DNA of 64,000 nt, from NCBI GenBank assembly GCA_028293125.1, contig JAQGPJ010000079.1:5817-69816 (forward strand), written 5' to 3'. Below the pieces are notes generated by a model that was given only the letters and a program-made list of their open reading frames with translations, was not told the origin of the DNA and made no database searches. Every line of letters begins with the position of its first letter. Within the stretch, counting starts at the first letter, position 1. Both the position numbers and the translations under genes were made by a program. Below, one piece after another: positions 10,075-18,894 of the stretch. The DNA comes from Verrucomicrobiales bacterium (GTDB taxonomy: Bacteria; Verrucomicrobiota; Verrucomicrobiia; Verrucomicrobiales; V1-33).

Positions 10075-11682
10075 ATGCTGAATCTCCGAAATCTCACCAA
10101 ATCTTTCCAAGCCCGCACTCTCTTCCAAGGGGCGGACATGACGATCAATTACGGCGAGCATGTCGCTTTGGTGGGACCGAATGGAGCCGGGAAATCCACT
10201 CTGTTTTCCCTCATTCTCAAAACCGACATGCCGGATGCCGGAACGGTGGAGCGGGATGACTGGACCACTCTGGGCTACCTGCCGCAGGAGGGGGAGGCCC
10301 ATGGTGAGGAGACAGCCTTGGACATCGCCTGCGGCCGCGGCTCGCAGCAGGCGGAACTGGAGGCCATCCTGCGCTCCCATGAGGAGGCGGGAACGGTGAC
10401 GGATCCGGATTATTATGAGGCCCAGGCCAAATTCGATGCCCTGAACCATCCCGAAATCGAGGCCAAGGCGAAAAAAATGCTCCGGGGCCTTGGCTTCACG
10501 GAGGAGAACTGGCTCCGTCCCGCCCGGGAGCTCTCCGGAGGCTGGGTCATGCGCGCCCACCTGTCCCATCTGCTGGTGCTGGAGCCCGACCTGCTGCTGC
10601 TTGACGAGCCGACCAACCATCTGGACCTCATGTCGCTGCTGTGGTTCCGGCAGTATCTGAAAACCTATGCCGGCGCTGTGCTGATCATCTCGCACGACCG
10701 CGATTTTATGGACGAGATCGTGCAGACCGTCTATGAAATCGACGAAGGCAAGTTCCTGCGTTGGACGGGGAACTACTCCTCCTACCTCACCCAAAAGGAG
10801 GCAGCCTATGAGCGGGCGGTTCAAGCCTACCGCCTCCAGCAGAAGGAGATCGAGCATCTGGAGGAGTTCATCGACCGCTTCCGCAATGTCGCCTCCAAGG
10901 CCGCGCAGGCCCAGAGCCGTCAGAAAGTGCTGGATAAAATCGTGCGGCTGGAGAAACCCAGGACGCCGCGCAAGGTCTTCCGGTTCAACTTTCCCCAGCC
11001 TGCCCGCAGCGGCCAGCGGGTGGTGATTCTGGAGGGCATCCATCAGGCCTACGGTGAACGCAAAATCTACACCGGTCTTGACCTCGAGATCGAGCGCGGC
11101 GAGCGCACCGTGCTCATCGGGCCCAACGGCGCGGGGAAATCCACGCTGATCAAAATCCTCGCCGGGGAAATTCCTTTCCAAGCAGGTCAGCGCAGGCTGG
11201 GCAGCAATCTGAAGGTCGGCTATTTCAGCCAGCACCGCAGTGCGCAGCTGGAGCCGGAGCTGACAGTTCTGGACGAGGTGATGCGGGCCTGCCCCACTCT
11301 GCGGGAGGACGACGCCCGCGCCATTCTGGGAAGTTTTCTTTTCCGCCGCGAGGACGTCTACAAACGGTGCAAGATTCTTTCTGGTGGAGAGAAAAGCCGG
11401 CTGAATCTCGTTAAATTCCTTGTTGATCCGCCGAACCTGCTCCTCATGGATGAGCCCACGACCCATCTGGATATCTCCAGTATCGAGGGTCTCACACAGG
11501 CTCTGCTGCGCTATGAGGGGACACTTGTCTTCATCAGCCACGATGTCCACTTCATCCGCCTCCTTGCCACCAAGGTGCTGCACATCAATTCAGGGAAAGT
11601 CACGCCGTTTGCCGGAGGGTACGATTATTACTTAGAGAAATCCGGCCAGGAAAATGCGAGGGCGGCTATTGTGTCGGAGTGA
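10075..11682 (+). CDS. ABC-F family ATPase (two ABC domains, no TM domain)
   Basis: ATG at 10075 (MLNLRNLTKSF). Two Walker A motifs, GPNGAGKST twice. Signature motifs LSGGWVMR and LSGGEKSR. The inter-domain linker contains QKEIEHLEEFIDRF. Confidence 0.9.
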   Translation: MLNLRNLTKSFQARTLFQGADMTINYGEHVALVGPNGAGKSTLFSLILKTDMPDAGTVERDDWTTLGYLPQEGEAHGEETALDIACGRGSQQAELEAILRSHEEAGTVTDPDYYEAQAKFDALNHPEIEAKAKKMLRGLGFTEENWLRPARELSGGWVMRAHLSHLLVLEPDLLLLDEPTNHLDLMSLLWFRQYLKTYAGAVLIISHDRDFMDEIVQTVYEIDEGKFLRWTGNYSSYLTQKEAAYERAVQAYRLQQKEIEHLEEFIDRFRNVASKAAQAQSRQKVLDKIVRLEKPRTPRKVFRFNFPQPARSGQRVVILEGIHQAYGERKIYTGLDLEIERGERTVLIGPNGAGKSTLIKILAGEIPFQAGQRRLGSNLKVGYFSQHRSAQLEPELTVLDEVMRACPTLREDDARAILGSFLFRREDVYKRCKILSGGEKSRLNLVKFLVDPPNLLLMDEPTTHLDISSIEGLTQALLRYEGTLVFISHDVHFIRLLATKVLHINSGKVTPFAGGYDYYLEKSGQENARAAIVSE

Positions 11683-12056
11683 GTGCCACCTGCGCAGCAG
11701 GCAGTGGAGGCCACACCTTTTTTGAAAAGGCTGCGCACAGGTTTTTGCTGCTGCCCGGCCATAGCCGTGCAGGGCTTTTGGTTTCCCCGGTTTGGTAGGG
11801 ACGTGCACCATCGGATGCGGACCCGCGGACGGTAAATAGGGCATTCCTTCGCCGCCGACTGGCATGCGCTCCGCTCTCTTTCATAGGGGGGGATCGCTGC
11901 CTCCGGGGCAGTCACCGCACAGGTGTCTCCCTGCTTTAAGCGCATGTAGGAATGAGATTGTCTGATATTCCGCAAGTCCGGTGTTTCCATACAGGGCTTT
12001 TTCACTTTTTATCAGTGTCTCCGCCTTTCCCTAAAAACCTCATTTCTCCCCATCAC

Positions 12057-12752
12057 ATGCCCGAATTTTTAGCGCGCCTGACCTCCGAGGAAACAGGCTC
12101 CCTTTCATCACGCATGCGGGCCCGGAGGATGGGACTGCTGCTCGACATGATCAGGACGGTCCATCAAAAGCACGGACAGGTCAGCATTCTGGACATCGGC
12201 GGTCGGAAACGCTTTTGGCAGCCGATCGAAAATGAGCTTCCCAAGTGCAACGTCAAGGTGTCCATCATCAATTTGCCCGATGAAATCGACCGCCGCGGTC
12301 AAAACGGGGATGATGATGTCTTCACGCACGTCAAAGGCGATGCCTGCCGCATGCCGCAGTATGCGGATAAAAGCTTTCATTTGGCGGTTTCCAACTCGGT
12401 GATCGAGCACGTGGGGAACTGGAACCAAGTCCGGGCTTTCGCCTCGGAGGCCCGCCGGGTGGCGGAGCACCTTTTTGTCCAGACCCCGAATTTCTGGTTT
12501 CCGATTGAGCCCCACTATGTCTGCCCGCTGTTCCACTGGCTGCCCCGGCCCATGCAGGCTTGGCTGTTCATGCACTTCAAGTTCGCAGTGCAGTACCCCA
12601 CCAGGGATCTGGACAAGGCCATGAAGTGGGTGGACGAGGCACCCCGCCTGCTGACCCACCGGATGCTGCGGCATCTGTTCCCGGACTGCCGCATCATTCC
12701 GGAGAAGTTCCTGATTTTCTTTAACAAATCATGGATGGTTCTCCGTGCTTGA
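12057..12752 (+). CDS. Class I SAM-dependent methyltransferase (type-11-like)
   Basis: ATG at 12057. Motif I-like ILDIGGRKRFW, then AVSNSVIEHVGNW and FVQTPNFWFPIEPH. The substrate cannot be inferred. Confidence 0.65.
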   Translation: MPEFLARLTSEETGSLSSRMRARRMGLLLDMIRTVHQKHGQVSILDIGGRKRFWQPIENELPKCNVKVSIINLPDEIDRRGQNGDDDVFTHVKGDACRMPQYADKSFHLAVSNSVIEHVGNWNQVRAFASEARRVAEHLFVQTPNFWFPIEPHYVCPLFHWLPRPMQAWLFMHFKFAVQYPTRDLDKAMKWVDEAPRLLTHRMLRHLFPDCRIIPEKFLIFFNKSWMVLRA

Positions 12753-12843
12753 GCCTGCCCAGAGGGCATGAAAAGGGTCAAGCGACCGGCGGAAAACCGC
12801 CGACCCTCAGCGCCGCAAAACCTCCCCGTCATCAGGGGAAAAG

Positions 12844-12878
12844 AAAAACGGGGCCGCAGAGGCCCCGTTTCGCGTTTT
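12844..12878. terminator. Bidirectional terminator between convergent genes
   Basis: acggggcc-gcaga-ggccccgt stem-loop, flanked by an A-run upstream and T-rich sequence downstream. Confidence 0.65.
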
Positions 12879-12900
12879 GGAATGGATAAAGCGGTGGTGC

Positions 12901-14070
12901 TCAGTGGGCTTTGCAGAACTCCTCGAACCGGTCGAGACCCTTTTTAATGACGTCCAGGCTGCAGGCGTAGCTGAAGCGCACCGTGTCGTCGGCACCGAAA
13001 GCGATGCCCGGGACGACGGCCACATGGCTGCGGATGAGGAGCTTCTCCGCGAAATTGGTGCTGGAGATACCGGTTTTCCCGATATTGACGAGATAGTAGA
13101 ACGCGCCTTTGGGTTCCACCACGCTGACGTTGTTGATTTTGCTGAAGCGCTGGAGCATATAGCCGCGGCGGAGGTCGAACTCGGCGCGCATGTCCTCGAC
13201 CACGTTCTGGTCGCCGTTAAGGGCGGCAAGGGCGCCGTACTGAGCGAAGGTGGCCGGAGCGCTGGTGGTGTGGCTCTGGATGGTGTCGATGGCGTCGGCG
13301 ATCTGCTTGTTGGCGGTGGCGGTGTAGCCCACGCGCCAGCCGGTCATGCTGTAGGCCTTGGAGAAGCCGTTGACCACGATGGTCAGATTTTTCAGCTCCT
13401 TGCTGATGCTGGCGATGCTGGTGTGCTCGGCCCCGTCATAAACAAGCTTTTCGTAAATTTCGTCGGAGAGGATCAGAATATCCTCAGCCAGGGCGATCTC
13501 CCCGAGGGCGGCAAGTTCCTCCGCGTTGTAAACCGCGCCGGTGGGGTTGGAGGGGCTGTTGAGAATCAGGAGCTTGGTGGCCGGGGTCATGGCGTCCTGG
13601 AATTCATCAGGCGTCATTTTCCAGCCATTCTCCTGCTTGGTCTCCACGATGACCGGGATGGCGCCCGCGAGGCGGACCATGTCCGGATAGCTGGTCCAGT
13701 AGGGGGCGGGGATCACCACCTCGTCGCCAGGGCCGCAGGTGGCGAGGATGGCGTTGTAGCAGGAGTGCTTGGCCCCGCAGTTCACGCTGATCAGGTTGGG
13801 CGTGTAGCTCAGGCCGTTTTCCGTTTCCAGCTTGGCGCAGAGCGCCTCCCGGAGCTCCAGCAGACCCGCGCTGGCGGTGTATTTGGTTTTGCCGGCGGCC
13901 AGGGCGGCCACGGCGGCCTCCTTGATGAAGGCCGGGGTATCCATGTCCGGCTCACCGGCGCCGAAGGAGCAGACGTCGATGCCTTCCTTTTTCATTTTCG
14001 CTGCCTGGCTGGTAACCGCGAGGGTAATGGAGGGGGCGATATTGGCGATGGAAGGCGTGACGAAGTCCAT
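12901..14070 (-). CDS. PLP-dependent aminotransferase, class I (aspartate aminotransferase-like)
   Basis: 389 aa. PLP-lysine motif FSKAYSMTGWRVGY. Also GEPDMDTP, and NSPSNPTG as the N-P-T-G motif. Confidence 0.9.
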   Translation of the reverse strand: MDFVTPSIANIAPSITLAVTSQAAKMKKEGIDVCSFGAGEPDMDTPAFIKEAAVAALAAGKTKYTASAGLLELREALCAKLETENGLSYTPNLISVNCGAKHSCYNAILATCGPGDEVVIPAPYWTSYPDMVRLAGAIPVIVETKQENGWKMTPDEFQDAMTPATKLLILNSPSNPTGAVYNAEELAALGEIALAEDILILSDEIYEKLVYDGAEHTSIASISKELKNLTIVVNGFSKAYSMTGWRVGYTATANKQIADAIDTIQSHTTSAPATFAQYGALAALNGDQNVVEDMRAEFDLRRGYMLQRFSKINNVSVVEPKGAFYYLVNIGKTGISSTNFAEKLLIRSHVAVVPGIAFGADDTVRFSYACSLDVIKKGLDRFEEFCKAH

Positions 14071-14175
14071 GAATGGGCGGTGGTGAGAATGAAACCGGAA
14101 AGGGGGAATCTGAAAGGGCCGGTAAGAGACAGCGGGCGGGGGGGGTTGTCAACACGTGAGGGCCGCGCTCCGCCC

Positions 14176-14772
14176 TTATAGCCCGCGCAGAGCCAGCAGG
14201 CGCTCCACCTGTTTGGCGATCATGTCGAATTCCAGGTTCACCCGGTCCCCCGGCACAGTGTCCGTGAGGGTGGTGACGGCGTGGGTGTGGGGGGTGATCC
14301 AGATGGTGAGCCGGTCCTCCGCCAGCTCCGCCACTGTCAGGCTCATGCCATTGACGGTGATGGACCCCTTCAGCACCGTCAGACGGCGGCCTTCAGGAGG
14401 CAGGCTGACGGTCAGGCGGTGATCCTGGCCCGACTTTTCATAAACCAGCACCGTGCCCGTGGTGTCCACATGCCCTTGCACAAAATGTCCGCTCAGCCGG
14501 GCGTCGGCGCGCATGGCCCGTTCCAGGTTCACCCGCTTTCCGGTGCCCAGATCCGCCAGATTGGTCAGCCGCAGGGTTTCCTGAAGCAGGTCAAACCTCA
14601 CCCGGCCCTGACCGGACTCCACCACGGTGAGGCAGCAGCCATTGATGGCCACGCTCTCACCCAGCACCAGATCATCCGCAAAAACCACCCCGCGCAGGAT
14701 CAGATGACCGCCCTCCGGCGTAACGGTCAGGGACTCCACTTCGCCCAGATGCTCGACGATTCCCGTAAACAT
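14176..14772 (-). CDS. ribE: Riboflavin synthase (alpha chain)
   Basis: ATG at 14772 gives the canonical MFTGIVEHLGEV start. Internal duplication, with GESVAINGCCLTV and GSITVNGMSLTV. Confidence 0.9.
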   Translation of the reverse strand: MFTGIVEHLGEVESLTVTPEGGHLILRGVVFADDLVLGESVAINGCCLTVVESGQGRVRFDLLQETLRLTNLADLGTGKRVNLERAMRADARLSGHFVQGHVDTTGTVLVYEKSGQDHRLTVSLPPEGRRLTVLKGSITVNGMSLTVAELAEDRLTIWITPHTHAVTTLTDTVPGDRVNLEFDMIAKQVERLLALRGL

Positions 14773-14886
14773 AGGCTGAGTCCTTTCCCCAAACCCTGTC
14801 GGCATCAACCGGCAATCCGGTGCCGGGCCATGCGCCGGTGGCCTCCATCCATGGTGGGCAGGCAGCCCTCCACTGGTTGTCCGGTT

Positions 14887-15257
14887 TCAGGACTCCATGG
14901 ATGACAGGGCAACCGCCAGGCGTTCCAGATGATCCTCCGCCAGCAGGCCGGGCCGGCGGCTCCTCCTGCGGTATTCCTCCTTTATCCGCCGCACCGCCAC
15001 TCCCAGCGCCCAAGAGGCGAAGGGCCGCGCGGCATCATATTTCCTGAAATTCCGACACAAAATCAGCACCACATCCTGAAACACATCCGCCCGCTCGTCC
15101 GCCGCCGCCAAGGCCCGGCCAGAAAAGCCCGCAGCCGGCCTTCGCAGCCGCTGAGCAGGGTGAGAAAAACTTCGCGGCGGTCCGGTTGGGCAATCATGCT
15201 GAAGGGATCATTGCCGTCCGCCGCTGTTTTCTGACACGGAAACTGAAAAATAATCAC
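14887..15257 (-). pseudogene. Frameshifted and 3'-truncated ECF-type sigma-70 remnant (region 2 only)
   Basis: The frame of ORF 15063..15257 gives ...DRREVFLTLLSGCEGRLRAFLAG. Homology continues in the frame of ORF 14887..15111 as (L)AAADERADVFQDVVLILCRNFRKYDAARPFASWALGVAVRRIKEEYRR. The frame switch is near 15105-15115. A stop falls at 14887 before any region 4, and only 114 nt remain before ribE. Confidence 0.5.
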
Positions 15258-15406
15258 CCGCCGCCCCCCGGCGTTTTATCCCAAACGTCCGCGGCGGGCT
15301 CCTGCCCGGCTGGAGCTCTCCGTGAATATCCGGTAACGGACGGTTCCGCACCGGGTTCCCGCAATTTCCCCGTGGCAAACGGCGGCAAGTGGTGGTTTCT
15401 CCGGCA

Positions 15407-16960
15407 ATGGCAAAATCTCCTGTAGTTCTCATCATCCGCGACGGTTGGGGCATCAATCCCGGGGGCAGGGAAATGGCGGTGGCCAACGGCGACGCCACCC
15501 TGCTGGCGCGCACGCCCTTTCATGATCATCTCTACGCCACCTACCCGCGCGGAACGGTCAGCGCCAGCGGCGAGGACGTGGGACTGCCCCCCGGACAGAT
15601 GGGGAACAGTGAGGTCGGCCACTTGAATCTCGGGGCCGGACGCGTGGTTTACCAGGACCTGACCCGCATCAACAAAGCCATCCGCGAAGGCACGTTTGCC
15701 CAGAACGCCGTGCTTCAGGAGGCGTTTGCGAAAGCGCAGGGCCACCGTTTGCATTTCCTGGGGCTGGTGTCCGACGGCGGGGTCCACAGCCATCAGGACC
15801 ATCTCACCGCTCTCTGCAACGCGGCGGAGGCCGCCGGGGTGGAGGATATCATGGTCCACGCCATCACAGACGGCCGCGACACCGCCCCCCAGGGCGGTGC
15901 CGAATACATGGCCAAACTGGAGCGCGATCTGGTCCCCAGCGGAGCTGTCATCGCCACCGTCATCGGGCGGTATTACGCCATGGACCGCGACCGCCGCTGG
16001 GAACGCAACAAGTTGGCCTGGGACGCCATCGTGCTGGGCCGGGGCGATGTCATCAGCGGAGGCTCCTCCGTCGAGGCCATCCGCAAAGCCTATGTGGCGG
16101 ACCCGCGCGGTGATGAGTTCCTGCACCCCCTGATCCTCAGCCACGCCAATGAAGCGCGGTTCCGCGACGGCGATGTGGTGGTCTGGTTCAACTTCCGCGC
16201 CGACCGCGCCCGCCAGCTCAGCGAGGCCTTTTTGCTCCCGGACTTCGCCGGCTTTGACCGGGAGATCACGCCGAAGGTTGAGTACTACACCCTGACGGAA
16301 TACGACGCCACTTATACGGGTTTCGGAGCACGGGTGATTTTTGAGCCCGAGAGCATGGACCAGCTTCTCGGTCAGGTCGTGGCCGCCGCCGGGCTGAAGC
16401 AGCTGCGGGCTGCGGAGACGGAAAAATACCCCCACGTGACTTTCTTCTTCAACGGCGGGGTGGAGACCCCGAATCCCGGCGAGGACCGCTATCTGGCCGT
16501 CAGCCCCAAGGAGGTGCCCACCTACGACAAGAAACCCCAGATGAGCGCCCCGGATCTGGCCTTCGAGGTCATTCACCGGCTGGAGGAGTATGATCTCGTC
16601 ATTCTGAACTTCGCCAATCCCGACATGGTGGGCCACACCGGCGTGGTGGAGGCCGGCGTCCACGCCTGCGAGACCATCGACCTCGCGGTGCGCCTCATCG
16701 TGGAGAAAACCCTGGCCCTCGGCGGCAAGCTTTTCATCACCGCCGACCACGGCAACTGCGAGACCATGCGCAACCCCGACGGCACCCCCAACACCGCCCA
16801 CACCACTAACCTCGTCCATGGCATCTACGTCGCCGCCGACCACGACCGCTTCACCGTCCGCGACGGCATCCTCGCCGACATCTCTCCCACGCTCCTCGCC
16901 ATGCTTGGCGTCGCCCAGCCTGAGGAAATGACCGGGAAGAGCTTGCTCAAAGAAAAATAA
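15407..16960 (+). CDS. gpmI: 2,3-bisphosphoglycerate-independent phosphoglycerate mutase
   Basis: ATG at 15407 (MAKSPVVLIIRDGWG). Also MGNSEVGHLNLGAGR, GLVSDGGVHSH and ADHGNCE. Confidence 0.92.
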   Translation: MAKSPVVLIIRDGWGINPGGREMAVANGDATLLARTPFHDHLYATYPRGTVSASGEDVGLPPGQMGNSEVGHLNLGAGRVVYQDLTRINKAIREGTFAQNAVLQEAFAKAQGHRLHFLGLVSDGGVHSHQDHLTALCNAAEAAGVEDIMVHAITDGRDTAPQGGAEYMAKLERDLVPSGAVIATVIGRYYAMDRDRRWERNKLAWDAIVLGRGDVISGGSSVEAIRKAYVADPRGDEFLHPLILSHANEARFRDGDVVVWFNFRADRARQLSEAFLLPDFAGFDREITPKVEYYTLTEYDATYTGFGARVIFEPESMDQLLGQVVAAAGLKQLRAAETEKYPHVTFFFNGGVETPNPGEDRYLAVSPKEVPTYDKKPQMSAPDLAFEVIHRLEEYDLVILNFANPDMVGHTGVVEAGVHACETIDLAVRLIVEKTLALGGKLFITADHGNCETMRNPDGTPNTAHTTNLVHGIYVAADHDRFTVRDGILADISPTLLAMLGVAQPEEMTGKSLLKEK

Positions 16961-17032
16961 ATCAGAAATATTTCTGTTTTAACCTTGTTTTATTTGTGAG
17001 TATTTGGTAGGTGCATCGCTATTTTAAATGCT

Positions 17033-18013
17033 ATGCGTTCTTCATCAAAAAACTTTGGAGATTTCGGGGGAAATTGGACTGTTGTTAAATTGGCAGCAGT
17101 CACAGAATATTTTTCTTCCTTCAATAGGGTTTTGAGCAAAACGCCTTTCAAACGCGTGTATATCGATGCGTTTGCTGGCGGTGGCCGGATAAAGCAAACG
17201 ATCGAGAAAAAAGCAGGGCCAAAGTTAACGCCCGGTTCTGATTGGTTTCCCGAAGATTCCAAGCTGGAAGAAAACTCAGTTGCAGAAGAATTCGAGGAAA
17301 CTGAGTCGATTGGCTTCCGGCATGGCTCTCCGCTTTTAGCTCTGGAAGCCAATCCGGGGTTTGACGAATTCATTTTTATTGAACGTGATCAGGCGGTTTT
17401 GGATCAGCTCAAGGAGCAGGTAAAAAATGCACAAAGTTTACAAGGGAGACCTGTGCAATTTATTTGTGAGGATGCCAATACCGCACTCTCCCGAATTTGT
17501 CGGCCAGATTGGAGCAAGCGTTTTCGAGCCACCATCTTTCTCGACCCATTCGCGCTGCAGATCCATTGGGCAACGCTTGAAAAAATAGCTCGGACTAAAG
17601 GTATGGACATGTGGATGTTGTTTCCAGCGATGGCTGTGAATCGTATGCTTCCTAGAAATGGGAAAATGCCTGAAGTTTGGGCTCAACGGCTGAACGAAAC
17701 TTTCGGTGACACCACATGGCGACAAGAATTTTACGCGACACCCCAAATCCCTCAAAATGACGATCTTTTTCCTGAACTGCTTCCGAATCCTCAAGAAACC
17801 AAGTTGGACGATCCTTTCGGGCGCCTTAGCCGATACGTAACCCGGCGGCTGAAGACTGTGTTTGTGGATGCGGTCGAAGAGCCCCTTGTATTAAAGACCG
17901 CCTTGGGAGCACCGCTTTTTCTACTCTGCTTTGCAGTCGCGAATAAAAAGGGGGCTCCAATCGCAAAACGAATCGCCAACCATATAATTAAAAATCAAAA
18001 CAATGGCCACTAG
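17033..18013 (+). CDS. TcmP-like protein (three-Cys-motif partner protein) with methyltransferase-like layout
   Basis: 326 aa in a low-GC segment. Contains YIDAFAGGG (SAM motif I-like), GSPLLALEA and IFLDPF (degenerate motif IV-like), an order resembling RlmJ-type amino-methyltransferases. Its TAG stop overlaps the next ATG by 11 nt. Confidence 0.7.
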   Translation: MRSSSKNFGDFGGNWTVVKLAAVTEYFSSFNRVLSKTPFKRVYIDAFAGGGRIKQTIEKKAGPKLTPGSDWFPEDSKLEENSVAEEFEETESIGFRHGSPLLALEANPGFDEFIFIERDQAVLDQLKEQVKNAQSLQGRPVQFICEDANTALSRICRPDWSKRFRATIFLDPFALQIHWATLEKIARTKGMDMWMLFPAMAVNRMLPRNGKMPEVWAQRLNETFGDTTWRQEFYATPQIPQNDDLFPELLPNPQETKLDDPFGRLSRYVTRRLKTVFVDAVEEPLVLKTALGAPLFLLCFAVANKKGAPIAKRIANHIIKNQNNGH

Positions 18014-18740
18014 CTCCATAGAATGGACCGAGCTTACGTGGAATCCCACGACGGGCTGCGATAAGATTTCAGCAGGCTGCAAATTTTGCTATGCTGAAAT
18101 AATGTCCCGTCGGCTTCAGGCAATGGGTTTGGAAAAATATGCCGCCGGATTCAAAATTCGGCGCCATGAATCCGCTTTGACAATTCCCTATGGTTGGAAA
18201 AAGCCTGCAATGGTTTTTGTGAATTCCATGAGTGACTTGTTTCACAAGGAGATTCCATTGGAATTCATTAAAAAAGTGTTCAAGGTGATGAATGATTGCC
18301 CGCACCTGATTTTTCAAGTGCTGACCAAACGGAGCGAGAGACTGGAGGTGGATTGGCCCCATTTGAACTGGAGCGAAAACATTTGGATGGGCGTAAGTGT
18401 GGAAAATGACGCTGCGGCGCATCGCATTGAGAATCTACGCAAAGTGCCTGCTTCCGTAAGATTTTTGTCCTGTGAACCATTAATCGGCCCGCTGTCGAAG
18501 TTGAATTTAAAAGGGATTGATTGGGTGATTGTGGGAGGCGAAAGCGGAGCGCATCCAAGGCCGATGAAGGCGGAATGGGTTGTGGATATCCGCGATCAAT
18601 GTGAAAAACACGATGTTGCTTTCTTTTTTAAGCAATGGGGTGGGCGGAACAAGAAAGCAGCAGGAAGGGAATTGGAAGGAATTCACCATGATACTTTTCC
18701 CAAGCCCAAGAAACGGCGCCAAGTCAAAGAGGCAGTCTGA
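18003..18740 (+). CDS. Gp37/Gp68-family (DUF5131) three-Cys protein
   Basis: N-terminal signature IEWTELTWNPTTGCDKISAGCKFCYAE, a C-x6-C-x2-C motif. Later FLSCEPLIGPL and WVIVGGESG. 245 aa, low GC, translationally coupled to the upstream ORF. Confidence 0.8.
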   Translation: MATSSIEWTELTWNPTTGCDKISAGCKFCYAEIMSRRLQAMGLEKYAAGFKIRRHESALTIPYGWKKPAMVFVNSMSDLFHKEIPLEFIKKVFKVMNDCPHLIFQVLTKRSERLEVDWPHLNWSENIWMGVSVENDAAAHRIENLRKVPASVRFLSCEPLIGPLSKLNLKGIDWVIVGGESGAHPRPMKAEWVVDIRDQCEKHDVAFFFKQWGGRNKKAAGRELEGIHHDTFPKPKKRRQVKEAV

Positions 18741-18894
18741 ATGGGGAGTGGCAATCTGCGAAAGTGTGGGATGCTGAACTTTCGGAACCCTTAGGGATAA
18801 ACGGAAAACAGTGCGTGGGCTCTTGATTGAAAGCGGTTTCCCGCTTCCGTCCCAGTTCCTCGCGCCATTCTGCTTCTGCTAATTTGCCCCCAAA

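Noticed and set aside
9853-11583. 576-codon minus-strand ORF antisense to the ABC-F gene. Similar long antisense ORFs occur at 15254..16843, 27267..29042, 30230..32782, 38866..41592, 47466..49373, 53651..55462 and 61803..63656.
   Set aside because: Each lies opposite a gene with strong family motifs. The translations are G/A/R/H/P-rich with no recognisable motifs. This is typical high-GC antisense open frame.
14773-14900. FMN (RFN) riboswitch upstream of ribE
   Set aside because: The minus-strand leader has fragments that recall RFN (accggcg, gccgacag after a ccgg hairpin). However, the highly conserved GGGTGAAATTCCC and AGTCCGGATGGGAGA blocks are missing, and the space is too short at 114 nt. 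A cmscan would settle it.
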